A stretch of DNA of 32,000 nucleotides, taken from the NCBI RefSeq assembly GCF_020885515.1, contig NZ_AP024987.1:660001-692000 (forward strand), in the 5' to 3' direction. The DNA comes from a cyanobacterium endosymbiont of Braarudosphaera bigelowii. Its GTDB lineage: Bacteria > Cyanobacteriota > Cyanobacteriia > Cyanobacteriales > Microcystaceae. The stretch's first letter is position 1. Each line of letters opens with the position of its first letter. A model generated the notes under the pieces. It made no database searches. It had not been told where the DNA came from and saw nothing but the letters and a program-made list of their open reading frames with translations. Made by a program: the position numbers and the translations under genes. Below are positions 10,212 to 19,915 of this stretch, in pieces.

Positions 10212-11087
10212 TTAAAACTTATGCGTTACAAAAATTCCTAACATTTTCTCTCCTAAAAGTTCTGGCTGATCTACCATAGACATATGCCCGCAGTTTGGAA
10301 GATCAATAACATTTTTACCTTGGAAGCTAAAAAGTTTATGAAAACTAGCTAAGTATCTTACATATTGAGGTTCGATTAAAGTATCTTGTCTTCCAGCAAA
10401 AAAATATACCGGTTGTGCTAGACGTGCAACAATTTGTGGCAATATATGGACTTCTGTTTCAGTTGTTGAATTTAATAAAGAGCCTAATGCAGCTATTGAA
10501 TCAGCTCTCATTAAGTCTGTTACTTTCTGTTTTCCCCACCTACTTGCTATAGGATCCGTTACCATCATTTTTGAGAAAAGGATGTTAATTAAAGGAACAT
10601 TTGATAACCAAGGTGGTTTATATTTAACTAATTGTTTTCTAACTAGACGAAATCGTTCAAACTCTTCTTTAAGATATATCCCACCACCAACATTTAAGCA
10701 AACCACTCCTTGAATTTTTTCTGGACAAAGTTCAGCTCCCCACAATGCAATACTTCCCCCAATAGAGTGACCTATTAACCAACTTCTATGAATTTTTAAT
10801 TTTTCTAATAGAATAATTAAATCTTTTGCATAAGTTTCCAGAGCATACGGAGAAGATATTTGTAAATTTTGAGATGAAAAACCTTTAATAGGCTGGGAAT
10901 CTCCAAATCCTCTAATATCATAGATAAGACAAGAATATTTTTTAGAAAGTCTTTTAATGAGAGGGGACCAATATTGGCGACTTAATAACCAACCATGAAC
11001 AAAAATTAGAACAGGTGCAGAAGAATTAGAGGGATATGAAGTTAACTCATAAGTATGAGAAACTCCTAAAATTTTTATAGTTGGCAT
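10212..11087 (-). CDS. Alpha/beta-fold hydrolase
   Basis: Oxyanion region FVHGWLLS, nucleophile elbow GHSIGG and a C-terminal CGHMS His context. The substrate is unknown. Confidence 0.8.
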   Translation of the reverse strand: MPTIKILGVSHTYELTSYPSNSSAPVLIFVHGWLLSRQYWSPLIKRLSKKYSCLIYDIRGFGDSQPIKGFSSQNLQISSPYALETYAKDLIILLEKLKIHRSWLIGHSIGGSIALWGAELCPEKIQGVVCLNVGGGIYLKEEFERFRLVRKQLVKYKPPWLSNVPLINILFSKMMVTDPIASRWGKQKVTDLMRADSIAALGSLLNSTTETEVHILPQIVARLAQPVYFFAGRQDTLIEPQYVRYLASFHKLFSFQGKNVIDLPNCGHMSMVDQPELLGEKMLGIFVTHKF

Positions 11088-11139
11088 ATTGTGTCTTACC
11101 TCATGGGAAGGTCATGATGACATTATTAGTTAAAACCAT

Positions 11140-11445
11140 TTGATGCCAATAGTCTTATTCAATTGTAATTTATATGGAGTTCTGATGCTTAACTTTATCT
11201 CTATGGATCTTAAATCTATTAGCACAAAAATATTACTGATTTTAATTAGAAATTATAAAACATACATCTCTCCACTTCTGCCTCCTAGTTGTCGATTTCA
11301 ACCAACATGTTCAGAATATATGTTAGAAGCCATAGAAAGATTTGGACCTCTATATGGTACTTTATTAGGGATCAAGAGAATTTTTCGTTGCAACCCTTTT
11401 AGTGTCTCAAGATATGATCCTGTACCGCTTAAAGTCAAAAAATAA
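11140..11445 (+). CDS. yidD: Membrane protein insertion efficiency factor YidD
   Basis: Conserved core [31 protein letters not shown]...RCNPF. The track start is TTG. Internal ATGs at 11185 or 11203 would give a more typical length of about 80 aa. Confidence 0.85.
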   Translation: MMPIVLFNCNLYGVLMLNFISMDLKSISTKILLILIRNYKTYISPLLPPSCRFQPTCSEYMLEAIERFGPLYGTLLGIKRIFRCNPFSVSRYDPVPLKVKK

Positions 11446-11535
11446 CTATAGAACACATTTGACTAATCTTTAATTACATACTGAGCAATCGATAACTTTA
11501 TTGATTGTCTTAATAAGTATTTAAGAGATTAAATC

Positions 11536-11569
11536 AAGAAAAGACAATATGGTAATATTGTCTTTTCTT
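11536..11569. terminator. Candidate bidirectional intrinsic terminator between convergent yidD and pgsA
   Basis: Perfect 15-bp inverted repeat AAGAAAAGACAATAT / ATATTGTCTTTTCTT with a 4-nt loop GGTA. A T-rich run follows on the + strand. Confidence 0.6.
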
Positions 11570-11783
11570 ATTAGTTTTGATAATGGTGTTGTAGGAACAA
11601 AACATATTCAATACTTTCTCTAAATTCTTGTTATCAGAATTAGTTTCATTTAACATAAACTATACGCTTATATTATCGTTTTTCAATAAAATTATAAATG
11701 TTTCTATATAAATCTAAAAGATAAGCATCATAAAGTGATTTATAGTATGTTGCCCTACAATTTCGTTTTTATAAAATATAAAA

Positions 11784-12356
11784 TTACATATCTTTAGTTT
11801 TATTCTTTTTCAGCCCAATATCAGGAATAACATAAATTAATCCTGACACTAATGTCAAGATTACAGATATCCAAAATAATATATTACTAAAATTATCCCA
11901 GTCTTGGGGAAGAGGTGCAATAAGAAAAGCAATAGCTATTACTTGACTAAAGGTTTTAAATTTACCCCAAATGTTAGCTTCTTTAGGACCTCTTTTGTTT
12001 TTAATACTATTAATTCGATAAAAAGTTATTGCTATCTCTCTAAATATTATTAAGATTACTCCCCATATAGAAATTCGTTCTACTATTACTAAGCCTGACA
12101 AAGTTGAAATTATAAAAACTTTGTCCACTAAAGGATCAAGAAACTTACCTAACTCGGTAACTTGGTTCATTTTTCTAGCTAAATATCCATCTACCCAATC
12201 TGTAGAAGCTATAGTAAGAAAAGTTACTAGACTTATCCAACGACTAAAGAAAACAGGTGTAATTAAAAAATAAAAGAGAAAAAAAACTCCTATTAAACGG
12301 CTGACAGTAATCCAATTAGGAATGTTCATTAATAATTTCTTAGAAATACAATACAA
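11784..12356 (-). CDS. pgsA: CDP-diacylglycerol--glycerol-3-phosphate 3-phosphatidyltransferase
   Basis: CDP-alcohol phosphatidyltransferase motif DWVDGYLARKMNQVTELGKFLDPLVDK (D-G-x2-A-R-x8-G-x3-D-x3-D) in a multi-TM protein. The likely true start is the ATG at 12329 (MNIPNWITVSRL). Confidence 0.9.
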   Translation of the reverse strand: MYCISKKLLMNIPNWITVSRLIGVFFLFYFLITPVFFSRWISLVTFLTIASTDWVDGYLARKMNQVTELGKFLDPLVDKVFIISTLSGLVIVERISIWGVILIIFREIAITFYRINSIKNKRGPKEANIWGKFKTFSQVIAIAFLIAPLPQDWDNFSNILFWISVILTLVSGLIYVIPDIGLKKNKTKDM

Positions 12357-12369
12357 TTTATCATTTTTA

Positions 12370-13560
12370 TCAAATACCTATTTCTTGTAGCTTATCACGT
12401 AACATACTTGCTTCTGTCTGTTTATTTTGTAATTCATACAAGTCTATAGCTTTATGAAATGCTTCAGAACTTTTAGAAATTTTCCTTAACTTAAATAAAA
12501 CTACTCCTAGATTCTGATAGGTTTCAGCACAATTAGGATTTAGAGAAATTAGCTTTTCATAGATAATTACAGAATTTGTTAAATTGCCCATAGTGCTTAA
12601 AACTATAGCAAGATTATAGTAGCCGGTTAAAAAGCTAGGATCAATTTTTAAAGTTGTTTCATAAACTCTAGCTGCATCTTTAAAACTTTTTATATTCTGT
12701 AATACAACTCCATAATTATTATACGCACCCAGCTTTAAATAATCCATAACATCTTGAGCTACTGCCTTTTTATAATGTTTTATAGCTTGTTCGTTATTGT
12801 TCGTCTTAGCATATATATTACCTAAGTGATAATGTAGTTCAAATAATATGTGAGCGTTATTTGGGCTAAATTTCAAACCTTGTTTAAATAACTTAATAGC
12901 CTGCTTTTCTCTACCCGCTTGAGAATATAAGGCTCCTAACTTACTGCAAGTATATGAGTCATATGGATATTTTTTTAAAAAACTTTCCATTGCTTCTTTA
13001 GCACGAGCATGTTTGCTTAAAGATAGAATTTGACTTGGAGTATAGCCATAATGATGGATAGAGACTATAGGAAGATCTACAACTTTCCAACGATTCTCTA
13101 TTCTTAGTAACTTAGCTACGCTCTCATCTATAGAGGAATGATATGGGCGAAAAAAGGAAATACTTGAATGCTTACGAAACAGGCGAGAAACTAAAGAATA
13201 AGGTGATTGGGACGCTCCCACTTCAAAGCGTACTAAATTAATCACTAAGTTATCTTTTTGAGCAATGGATTCTTTGATTTGCGGAATAGCTTCTTTGTTC
13301 AAAATTTCATCAGCATCAAGAACTAATACCCAATCTTTGTTAACGTATTTTAATGCTTCGTTTCGTGCTGCTGAAAAATCGTTATTCCACTCAAAGACAG
13401 GAACAGTTGCCCCGAACTTTTGAGCAACTTCTATAGTCTTATCGGTTGAACCAGTATCTAAAACTATAATTTCATCGACTAGTCCTTTAATACTATCTAG
13501 ACATTTAGATAACCTTTCTTCCTCATTTTTAACAATCATGCAAAGACTAAGTTCTGTCAT
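12370..13560 (-). CDS. Family 2 glycosyltransferase fused to C-terminal TPR repeats
   Basis: N-terminal GT-A signature (LCMIVKNEE...LDTGSTDKT...LDADE). The C-terminal half consists of several approximately 34-aa TPR-like repeats (A..Y.NLG/Y..A). It lies 13 bp upstream of pgsA on the same strand. Confidence 0.8.
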   Translation of the reverse strand: MTELSLCMIVKNEEERLSKCLDSIKGLVDEIIVLDTGSTDKTIEVAQKFGATVPVFEWNNDFSAARNEALKYVNKDWVLVLDADEILNKEAIPQIKESIAQKDNLVINLVRFEVGASQSPYSLVSRLFRKHSSISFFRPYHSSIDESVAKLLRIENRWKVVDLPIVSIHHYGYTPSQILSLSKHARAKEAMESFLKKYPYDSYTCSKLGALYSQAGREKQAIKLFKQGLKFSPNNAHILFELHYHLGNIYAKTNNNEQAIKHYKKAVAQDVMDYLKLGAYNNYGVVLQNIKSFKDAARVYETTLKIDPSFLTGYYNLAIVLSTMGNLTNSVIIYEKLISLNPNCAETYQNLGVVLFKLRKISKSSEAFHKAIDLYELQNKQTEASMLRDKLQEIGI

Positions 13561-13946
13561 TTTTAATCTAAAGCTATTTTTTAATCTAATAAATTATTAG
13601 AATTCTGCAGTAAAGATCATTCCTTATATAGTATATTGTTAATAACTTAATATTGTAGTTAATAATATTAATGATGTTCAGTAGAACAGAAACAATTTAA
13701 TTTCTCAATAGTATAAATTGCTTAGTATTTTAAAGAAGTAAATTTTCTTTTATAGTTTTTGAAATATTAATATTTCACTTATTTTGTTTTAAAAAATATT
13801 TCAAATAAGAGGCATTAGCACAAAGCAATGTATCCTTTTCAAATCTTTTCTTCTTACTATTTCAACATCTCAAAAATCAATAGTAGACTATTGTATATGA
13901 GTATAGTGATAATTCGCTTGCTATTAAAGTTCATATAAATTATCTT

Positions 13947-15416
13947 ATGTCATTGACTCTATTAACATCAAAGGAAATTCCTCAACTAATTTATCAACCC
14001 AACCGTGAGCACTTTGATGAAACTTGGCAAAAACCGTTGAGTATCTTACTAGGGTTAGGAAGAGCTGCAGGAGCAGATTTTTTAGAATTTTTTTTAGAAA
14101 GGACTAACTATCTAAGTTGCTTAGCAGAAGAGGAAATTATTACAGCTATTTCTCCCTCTTTGTCTTCTGGCGCTGGGATACGTATTTTTAAAGGGAAAGC
14201 TGATTGCTATGTAAGTACTAATAATATCTCATTTAAAGGCCTCAGAGTAGCCTTGGAAAAAGGGTTATCTATTTTAGGCTTAAGTTTACCCTCTTCTAAT
14301 GCTTATGTTTCAGAAGTAAATTTAGAGTTATTAAGAGATTACACTATAAGTAAGCAAAAAGAATCATGGCTACTAAAATGTATTCCAGTTGAGGAAATAC
14401 AACAAATTTTACTTTCAGCAAACCAGGCTATTACTGACAAGGTCAATCATATTCAATCTCGTCGTTCTACTTATTTTAGAAATTGGCAAGAAGTTTTAGT
14501 TGCTTCTAGTGATGGTACCTTTGCTAGAGATATTCGTCTTACTCAATCTGTTGGCTACTCTTTATTTTGTGCAGACAGAGAGCATCGTAGCTCAATAAAT
14601 AAACGTTTTGGTGATACTAGTAATATTAATTTTTTAAGGGAGTGGAATTATGAAAATGCATCAGAGGAAATTGCAGAATCTGCTGGAAGAATGTTACACG
14701 CTGATTTTGTTGAATCAGGTAATTATCCTATAGTTATGGCTAATAAGTTTGGTGGAGTAATTTTCCATGAGGCTTGTGGACATCTTTTGGAAACTACCCA
14801 AATAGAAGCTCATACAACTCCTTTTATAGATAAAAAGGGACACAAAATTGCTCATGAAAATTTAACGGCTTGGGACGAAGGAGTATCGGATAAAGCTTTT
14901 GGAAGTATTGATATGGATGATGAAGGAATGCCTTCTCAAAGAACTCTTTTAATAGAAAATGGTATTCTAAAAAACTTTTTATCTGATCGTGCTGGTTATC
15001 TTCGCACTGGTTTTCCTCGTACAGGTAGTGGAAGACGCCAAAGCTATGCCTATGCTCCAGCATCTCGAATGCGTAATACATATATCGCTCCTGGTAATTA
15101 TTCTACAAATGATATTTTTGCTTCTATAGATAAAGGAATTTACTGTAAACAAATGGGTGGTGGTAGTGTTGGAGTTACAGGCGAGTTCAATTTTTGCGTT
15201 TCTGAAGGATATCTAATTGAAAAAGGAAAATTAACAAAACCTTTGAAAGGAGCAACTTTAATTGGAATAGCTCAAAATATAATGAACGAAATTTCAATGT
15301 GTTCACAAGATTTAGAGTATGCTCCAGGATTTTGTGGTTCTACAAGTGGTAGTATATATGTCACTGTTGGTCAGCCACACATTAAAGTTGATAAGATTAC
15401 CGTAGGTGGTCGCTAA
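13947..15416 (+). CDS. tldD: TldD-family metalloprotease
   Basis: The zinc-site motif HEACGHLLE and the conserved C-terminal region (GEFNF...GYLIEKGK...PLKGATLIG) are typical of TldD. Confidence 0.9.
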   Translation: MSLTLLTSKEIPQLIYQPNREHFDETWQKPLSILLGLGRAAGADFLEFFLERTNYLSCLAEEEIITAISPSLSSGAGIRIFKGKADCYVSTNNISFKGLRVALEKGLSILGLSLPSSNAYVSEVNLELLRDYTISKQKESWLLKCIPVEEIQQILLSANQAITDKVNHIQSRRSTYFRNWQEVLVASSDGTFARDIRLTQSVGYSLFCADREHRSSINKRFGDTSNINFLREWNYENASEEIAESAGRMLHADFVESGNYPIVMANKFGGVIFHEACGHLLETTQIEAHTTPFIDKKGHKIAHENLTAWDEGVSDKAFGSIDMDDEGMPSQRTLLIENGILKNFLSDRAGYLRTGFPRTGSGRRQSYAYAPASRMRNTYIAPGNYSTNDIFASIDKGIYCKQMGGGSVGVTGEFNFCVSEGYLIEKGKLTKPLKGATLIGIAQNIMNEISMCSQDLEYAPGFCGSTSGSIYVTVGQPHIKVDKITVGGR

Positions 15417-15733
15417 CTCTGTAAACTTTAATCAGCATACATCGCATAAAACATATTTGTAAAAAGCAATTATCATAATTAAGTATTATTTTAAGTAATC
15501 AAACATAATTTATCAGCTGTATGCTTAATTTATTTAAAAAGATAATGTCTGCAGTAAATATCTTATGTTTATTAATCTACATATTACCGATTTGAATGTT
15601 TAACAAGCGTACGTAAGATTAAAAATGTAATCAATAAATATAGTTTAAAACTATCGAATATCATCAATGATTAAATATTGAATTTTCTAAAAATTAATAA
15701 CTGAAAAGTGAAATATATTTTAGATTTAAAACT

Positions 15734-17218
15734 ATGAACTCATCTAACACCACAAAAATTGAATATGCTGATGTTGTTATTGTCGGCGGTGGTATAGCTG
15801 GAATAGCAACTGCAGAATTTTTAGCTCGTCACAGTAATTTATCTATCAAGCTTTTAGAAAAAGCTTCTCACCTAGGAACTGCATCGTCAGGAAAATTGGA
15901 AGGATGGTATCATACCGGAGCACTATATTCTGGACAAGATGATGCACAAACATTTATTAACTGTGTAAATGGAGTTGAAGATTTAATTAATTTTTACACC
16001 CCATATTTTGTTTCTCAGTGTAATATCAACTTGTCAGAAAGAAAGACTGGTTTCTTTACACCTTCAATTATGCCTAGATCAGGCGGTTGGTTTAACAATT
16101 CTCCAGTTTATTTAATTCATCCTCAACTTAACTCTCCGGAAATTCACCTCTCTCGTCTTAAAAGTGATCTAACACATATTAATAACCAAAAAGAGAGAGT
16201 CATAGGGAGACTAGAAGCTGCTTATGGAGAACAGCATAATTGGTTGGTTGATAACAAATGTACTGCTCCAACCTATGCTCAAGTTGAAAGCAATGAAGGA
16301 ATAGAATCTTCTTTAAAACAATCAACAGCTACTATTCGCAATCTTTGTAATAAATTTAACTTGTCCTATGGAATAAACACTAATACTTATGACTATATTA
16401 AAACTTTAGATTGTTCTATGAATACCAATAAAATTTTGAGGGATCTAGTATCTAGTTCTCTTAGGCATGGTGTAGATTTTGAAGCAGGAATTAAAATTGA
16501 AAAATTGTCAATTGATAATTATGGCCCTATTCGATTAAAAAGCTTATTATGTGAGACTAGAAAAGGATTATTAAAAAAATTTAAGGCGCGATTATTTATT
16601 TTTGCTGTTGGTAATGGATTTGAACCTTTCTTACGGGATTTGCAGATTAGAGCAAGATTAAAACGTAATAAAAGTGCTATGGTAGTTGCTGTTCCTCCTC
16701 TTACTGATGTAAATTTTTTTAGAATGTCTACTAAGAATCATTTTCATTTCAATCATTTTTTCCGACAACCAAATACTAGTAGTCAAGCATACTCGATATT
16801 AGCCAATTCTGGTTACATTAATAATGAAACAAATTATGAGATCGATACTGATCCGATTTTAGAGGCAGCGGAACGTTATTTTGGTAATACGAATTTGTAT
16901 AATAGAGAATTATATAGCTATGAATGTACGAAAACTGAATTTGTTAGTGAAGAAGAGCAGAAACGACGTTATAGTTATTGGATTGAATCCAGGCCAAATA
17001 GCAACTATATGTGTATCTTACCAGGCAAATTTTCTTTTTTCCCCACTGTAGCTTACCAAGCTTATCAAAGGATTAGAACCTTATTGGATTTTCAAGAAAT
17101 AAAACCTCAATTAAAATTTCAATCTACCAATGATATTGAAGTTAAAGTTAGTAGTTTAGTAGCTAATTCATATTCTTTTCAAATCTCTACAAACAACCAT
17201 TCCTCTACTATCAAATAG
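15734..17218 (+). CDS. FAD-dependent oxidoreductase (DAO/GlpD-like N-terminus), function unknown
   Basis: Rossmann dinucleotide motif DVVIVGGGIAGIATAEFLA...LLEK, followed by SSGKLEGWYHTGALY and a later LFIFAVGNG segment. I do not recognise the C-terminal region of about 170 aa. Confidence 0.7.
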   Translation: MNSSNTTKIEYADVVIVGGGIAGIATAEFLARHSNLSIKLLEKASHLGTASSGKLEGWYHTGALYSGQDDAQTFINCVNGVEDLINFYTPYFVSQCNINLSERKTGFFTPSIMPRSGGWFNNSPVYLIHPQLNSPEIHLSRLKSDLTHINNQKERVIGRLEAAYGEQHNWLVDNKCTAPTYAQVESNEGIESSLKQSTATIRNLCNKFNLSYGINTNTYDYIKTLDCSMNTNKILRDLVSSSLRHGVDFEAGIKIEKLSIDNYGPIRLKSLLCETRKGLLKKFKARLFIFAVGNGFEPFLRDLQIRARLKRNKSAMVVAVPPLTDVNFFRMSTKNHFHFNHFFRQPNTSSQAYSILANSGYINNETNYEIDTDPILEAAERYFGNTNLYNRELYSYECTKTEFVSEEEQKRRYSYWIESRPNSNYMCILPGKFSFFPTVAYQAYQRIRTLLDFQEIKPQLKFQSTNDIEVKVSSLVANSYSFQISTNNHSSTIK

Positions 17219-17510
17219 TAGTAAAAATAATCTTATAAAGAATTTATATATCAAATTTAAAATACTTTCCCTTTTTTAGGATAAGAAGTAGTATATTTTG
17301 GTATTTTCATTATCATATATACAGTACTTAATGTAAATTTGTCATATATGGAACATTAATAACCTAGGGTATACAAAGTATTATTTACTATACTACTAAG
17401 TTATTTTTAAATAAGTATTTCTAAATTAGGTATATGAAAGGTATAACTTTAATTATTATTTCTTGACTCAAAATTATAGGTTCAATAAATAATTTTTATA
17501 GATAATCACT

Positions 17511-18365
17511 ATGATAGACAAAAAAAAATTAAACTCAGGAACTTTATATGTGGTAGGGACACCTATAGGTAATTTAGAAGATATAACATTACGAGCAATT
17601 AGGGTTCTAAAATCAGCTGATTTAATTGCAGCGGAAGATACTCGTCATACCGCTAAACTTCTAAATTATTTCAAAATAACTACTCCTAAAATTAGTTATC
17701 ATCAACATAATTATGTAATTCGTCAAGATGAATTAGTAAGTAAATTAGAACAAGGAAATATAATTGCTTTAGTAAGCGATGCTGGGATGCCAGGTATCTC
17801 TGATCCCGGTTATGATTTAATATGCTCATGTATTATTAAGAATATTCCTGTAGTTCCAGTTCCCGGCCCTACAGCAGTTATTACGGCTCTTATAACTTCA
17901 GGATTACCTAGTGATCGTTTTGTTTTTGAGGGTTTCTTACCTATCAAAGCTCAAGCAAGACAAGAACGACTTAACTTGTTAAAAAAAGAAAGTCGTACAA
18001 TCATTATTTATGAATCTCCCCATCGCTTGTTAAAAACTTTAATTAATTTTATAGAAATATTTGGTGACGATCATAGAATCACTATAGGAAGGGAGTTGAC
18101 TAAGTATTATGAAGAATTTTGGAGAGGCAATTTAAAAGAAGCTGTATTACATTACAAAGAAGTTAAGAATATTAAGGGAGAATTTACATTAGTTTTATCT
18201 GGCTGTTCTCAAAATAACTTATTAGATTTAAATATCGAACAGGTAAAATGTGAGTTCCTAAAATTATTGGATAAAGGAATGACGAGATCTCAGGCAAGCA
18301 AGTATTTAGCTACAACAGTAAATTTTTCTCGTCGTCAAATTTATGAAATGTCTTTAAGTGACTAA
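17511..18365 (+). CDS. rsmI: 16S rRNA (cytidine1402-2'-O)-methyltransferase
   Basis: GTLYVVGTPIGNLEDITLRAIRVLKSADLIAAEDTRHT, a tetrapyrrole-methylase-fold RsmI N-terminus, with conserved YESPHRL. Confidence 0.92.
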   Translation: MIDKKKLNSGTLYVVGTPIGNLEDITLRAIRVLKSADLIAAEDTRHTAKLLNYFKITTPKISYHQHNYVIRQDELVSKLEQGNIIALVSDAGMPGISDPGYDLICSCIIKNIPVVPVPGPTAVITALITSGLPSDRFVFEGFLPIKAQARQERLNLLKKESRTIIIYESPHRLLKTLINFIEIFGDDHRITIGRELTKYYEEFWRGNLKEAVLHYKEVKNIKGEFTLVLSGCSQNNLLDLNIEQVKCEFLKLLDKGMTRSQASKYLATTVNFSRRQIYEMSLSD

Positions 18366-18554
18366 TACGTATCAATATTTCTATTATGATGATAGTTATA
18401 GAAACTAATTATTAATAAAATTTATAAGATTCTAATATGTATAATTTATGATAGTTCATATATAGTCTTGTTTTTACAAGAAAATAGAAAAAACTATGAT
18501 TTATATATCTTCCGAGCTTAAAAAAAAATATCTTCTCCATTAAAGATAGGATCG

Positions 18555-19502
18555 TTGAGTCTTAACAGCAGAGTTTTACAATCACCTTTAGCTGGAGTAA
18601 CAGATTTAGTATTTCGTAAGTTAGTTCGACGTTATTCTCCTAAATCTATGATTTATACCGAAATGATCAATGCAACAGAACTATGTCATTTAGGAAGAAC
18701 GCAACAACTTATTAATATCGAGATTGAACAAAAGCCAATCGGAATACAAATATTTGATTCTCGTTACCACTTTATGGTGGAAGCTGCTAAAAGAATAGAA
18801 ATTCAGGGTGCACAAGTAATTGATATAAATATGGGATGTCCAGTTAATAAGATTACGAAGAAAGGAGGAGGATCTTCATTATTAAAGCAGCCAAAAACAG
18901 CCAAAAAAATTATTTCTGAAATTGCGAAAGCAGTAAAAATACCTGTTACTGTAAAGACAAGAATTGGCTGGAACGATAATACAATTAACATATTAGATTT
19001 CGCAAAAATGATGGAAGATGCTGGAGCTTGCATGTTAACCATTCATGCAAGAACTAGAAATCAGGGATATACTGGAACTCCTTATTGGCAATGGATCAGA
19101 AAGATTAAAGAAAACTTACTTATTCCAATCATAGCGAACGGAAATATTTTTTCTGTTGAAGATGCAGTGAAATGCTTAGAAATGACAAATGCAGATGGAG
19201 TTATGTGTTCTAGAGGAACCTTAGGTTATCCATTCCTCGTAGGAGAAATCGATCATTTTTTTAAAACAGGTCGTTCCTTTGCTACAATAACTCCTCAACA
19301 AAGATTGGGATGTGCCAAAGAACACCTACAAGAGCTTTGGGAACACAAAGGTAATCAAGGCATTTATCAAGGGAGAAAACATCTTCTCTGGTATTGCCAA
19401 GGATTCCCTGGTGCACCAGAATTAAGGAAAGAAATTATAAAAATTCAAAATATAGAGGAAGGATATAAGTTGTTAGATAAAAGTATTGAGTTATGTCTAT
19501 AA
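18555..19502 (+). CDS. dus: tRNA-dihydrouridine synthase (5' end probably disrupted or recoded at an A9 tract; see findings)
   Basis: SPLAGVTDLVFR, IDINMGCP (catalytic Cys context) and TIHARTR. The track start is TTG, but the same frame is open back to 18522 and encodes KKISSPLKIGS, which looks like genuine Dus N-terminus. Confidence 0.9.
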   Translation: MSLNSRVLQSPLAGVTDLVFRKLVRRYSPKSMIYTEMINATELCHLGRTQQLINIEIEQKPIGIQIFDSRYHFMVEAAKRIEIQGAQVIDINMGCPVNKITKKGGGSSLLKQPKTAKKIISEIAKAVKIPVTVKTRIGWNDNTINILDFAKMMEDAGACMLTIHARTRNQGYTGTPYWQWIRKIKENLLIPIIANGNIFSVEDAVKCLEMTNADGVMCSRGTLGYPFLVGEIDHFFKTGRSFATITPQQRLGCAKEHLQELWEHKGNQGIYQGRKHLLWYCQGFPGAPELRKEIIKIQNIEEGYKLLDKSIELCL

Positions 19503-19734
19503 AAAGATTCTATTTGAGACCTAGTCAAGTTATAACTTTTTTATAAGACAAGTACTGTCTAATAGTATTAGTTCTATAGAGCTTTCAAAAAATTTGCTAT
19601 GTATAAAAATTAGGTGATTTATCTTGTCTGAGAAACTTTTCAACATATTTGAAAATTATATGGCAGTATTAAAAATCATGTTGATTTTGAGCGTTAATAA
19701 TTTAAAAAGAATTATCACAATTTTTCTCAAACAT

Positions 19735-19782
19735 AATTAAATGAAAAATAACTTTTTAATAAAAGTTATTTTTCATTTAATT
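19735..19782. other. 48-nt perfect hairpin (22-bp stem, TAAT loop) in the dus-guaA spacer; either the dus terminator or a guaA leader element
   Basis: AATTAAATGAAAAATAACTTTT / AAAAGTTATTTTTCATTTAATT are exact reverse complements. The hairpin lies 233 bp after the dus stop and 134 bp before the guaA GTG. Confidence 0.4.
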
Positions 19783-19915
19783 TCAGTAGATAATTCAAAA
19801 AAATGCTATATTAATGTGAGTATTTACTTTTAAAATTTTCGAATTTCTATTTATATATACATATATTAAAAATAGAACTTATTACCTATTAACTATTTGT
19901 CCGGATCCTCCAAAC

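Noticed and set aside
13760-13777. 18-bp perfect palindrome TGAAATATTAATATTTCA, with an extra half-site AATATTTCA at 13795-13803, in the divergent GT2-TPR/tldD promoter region
   Set aside because: It is tempting as an operator. However, my rough estimate is that a perfect 9+9 palindrome is expected about once by chance in 32 kb at this AT content, so it is not distinguishable from background without comparative data.
14824-15081. 85-aa minus-strand ORF inside tldD
   Set aside because: It is an antisense shadow ORF within a conserved gene.
18803-19042. 79-aa minus-strand ORF inside dus
   Set aside because: It is an antisense shadow ORF within a conserved gene.
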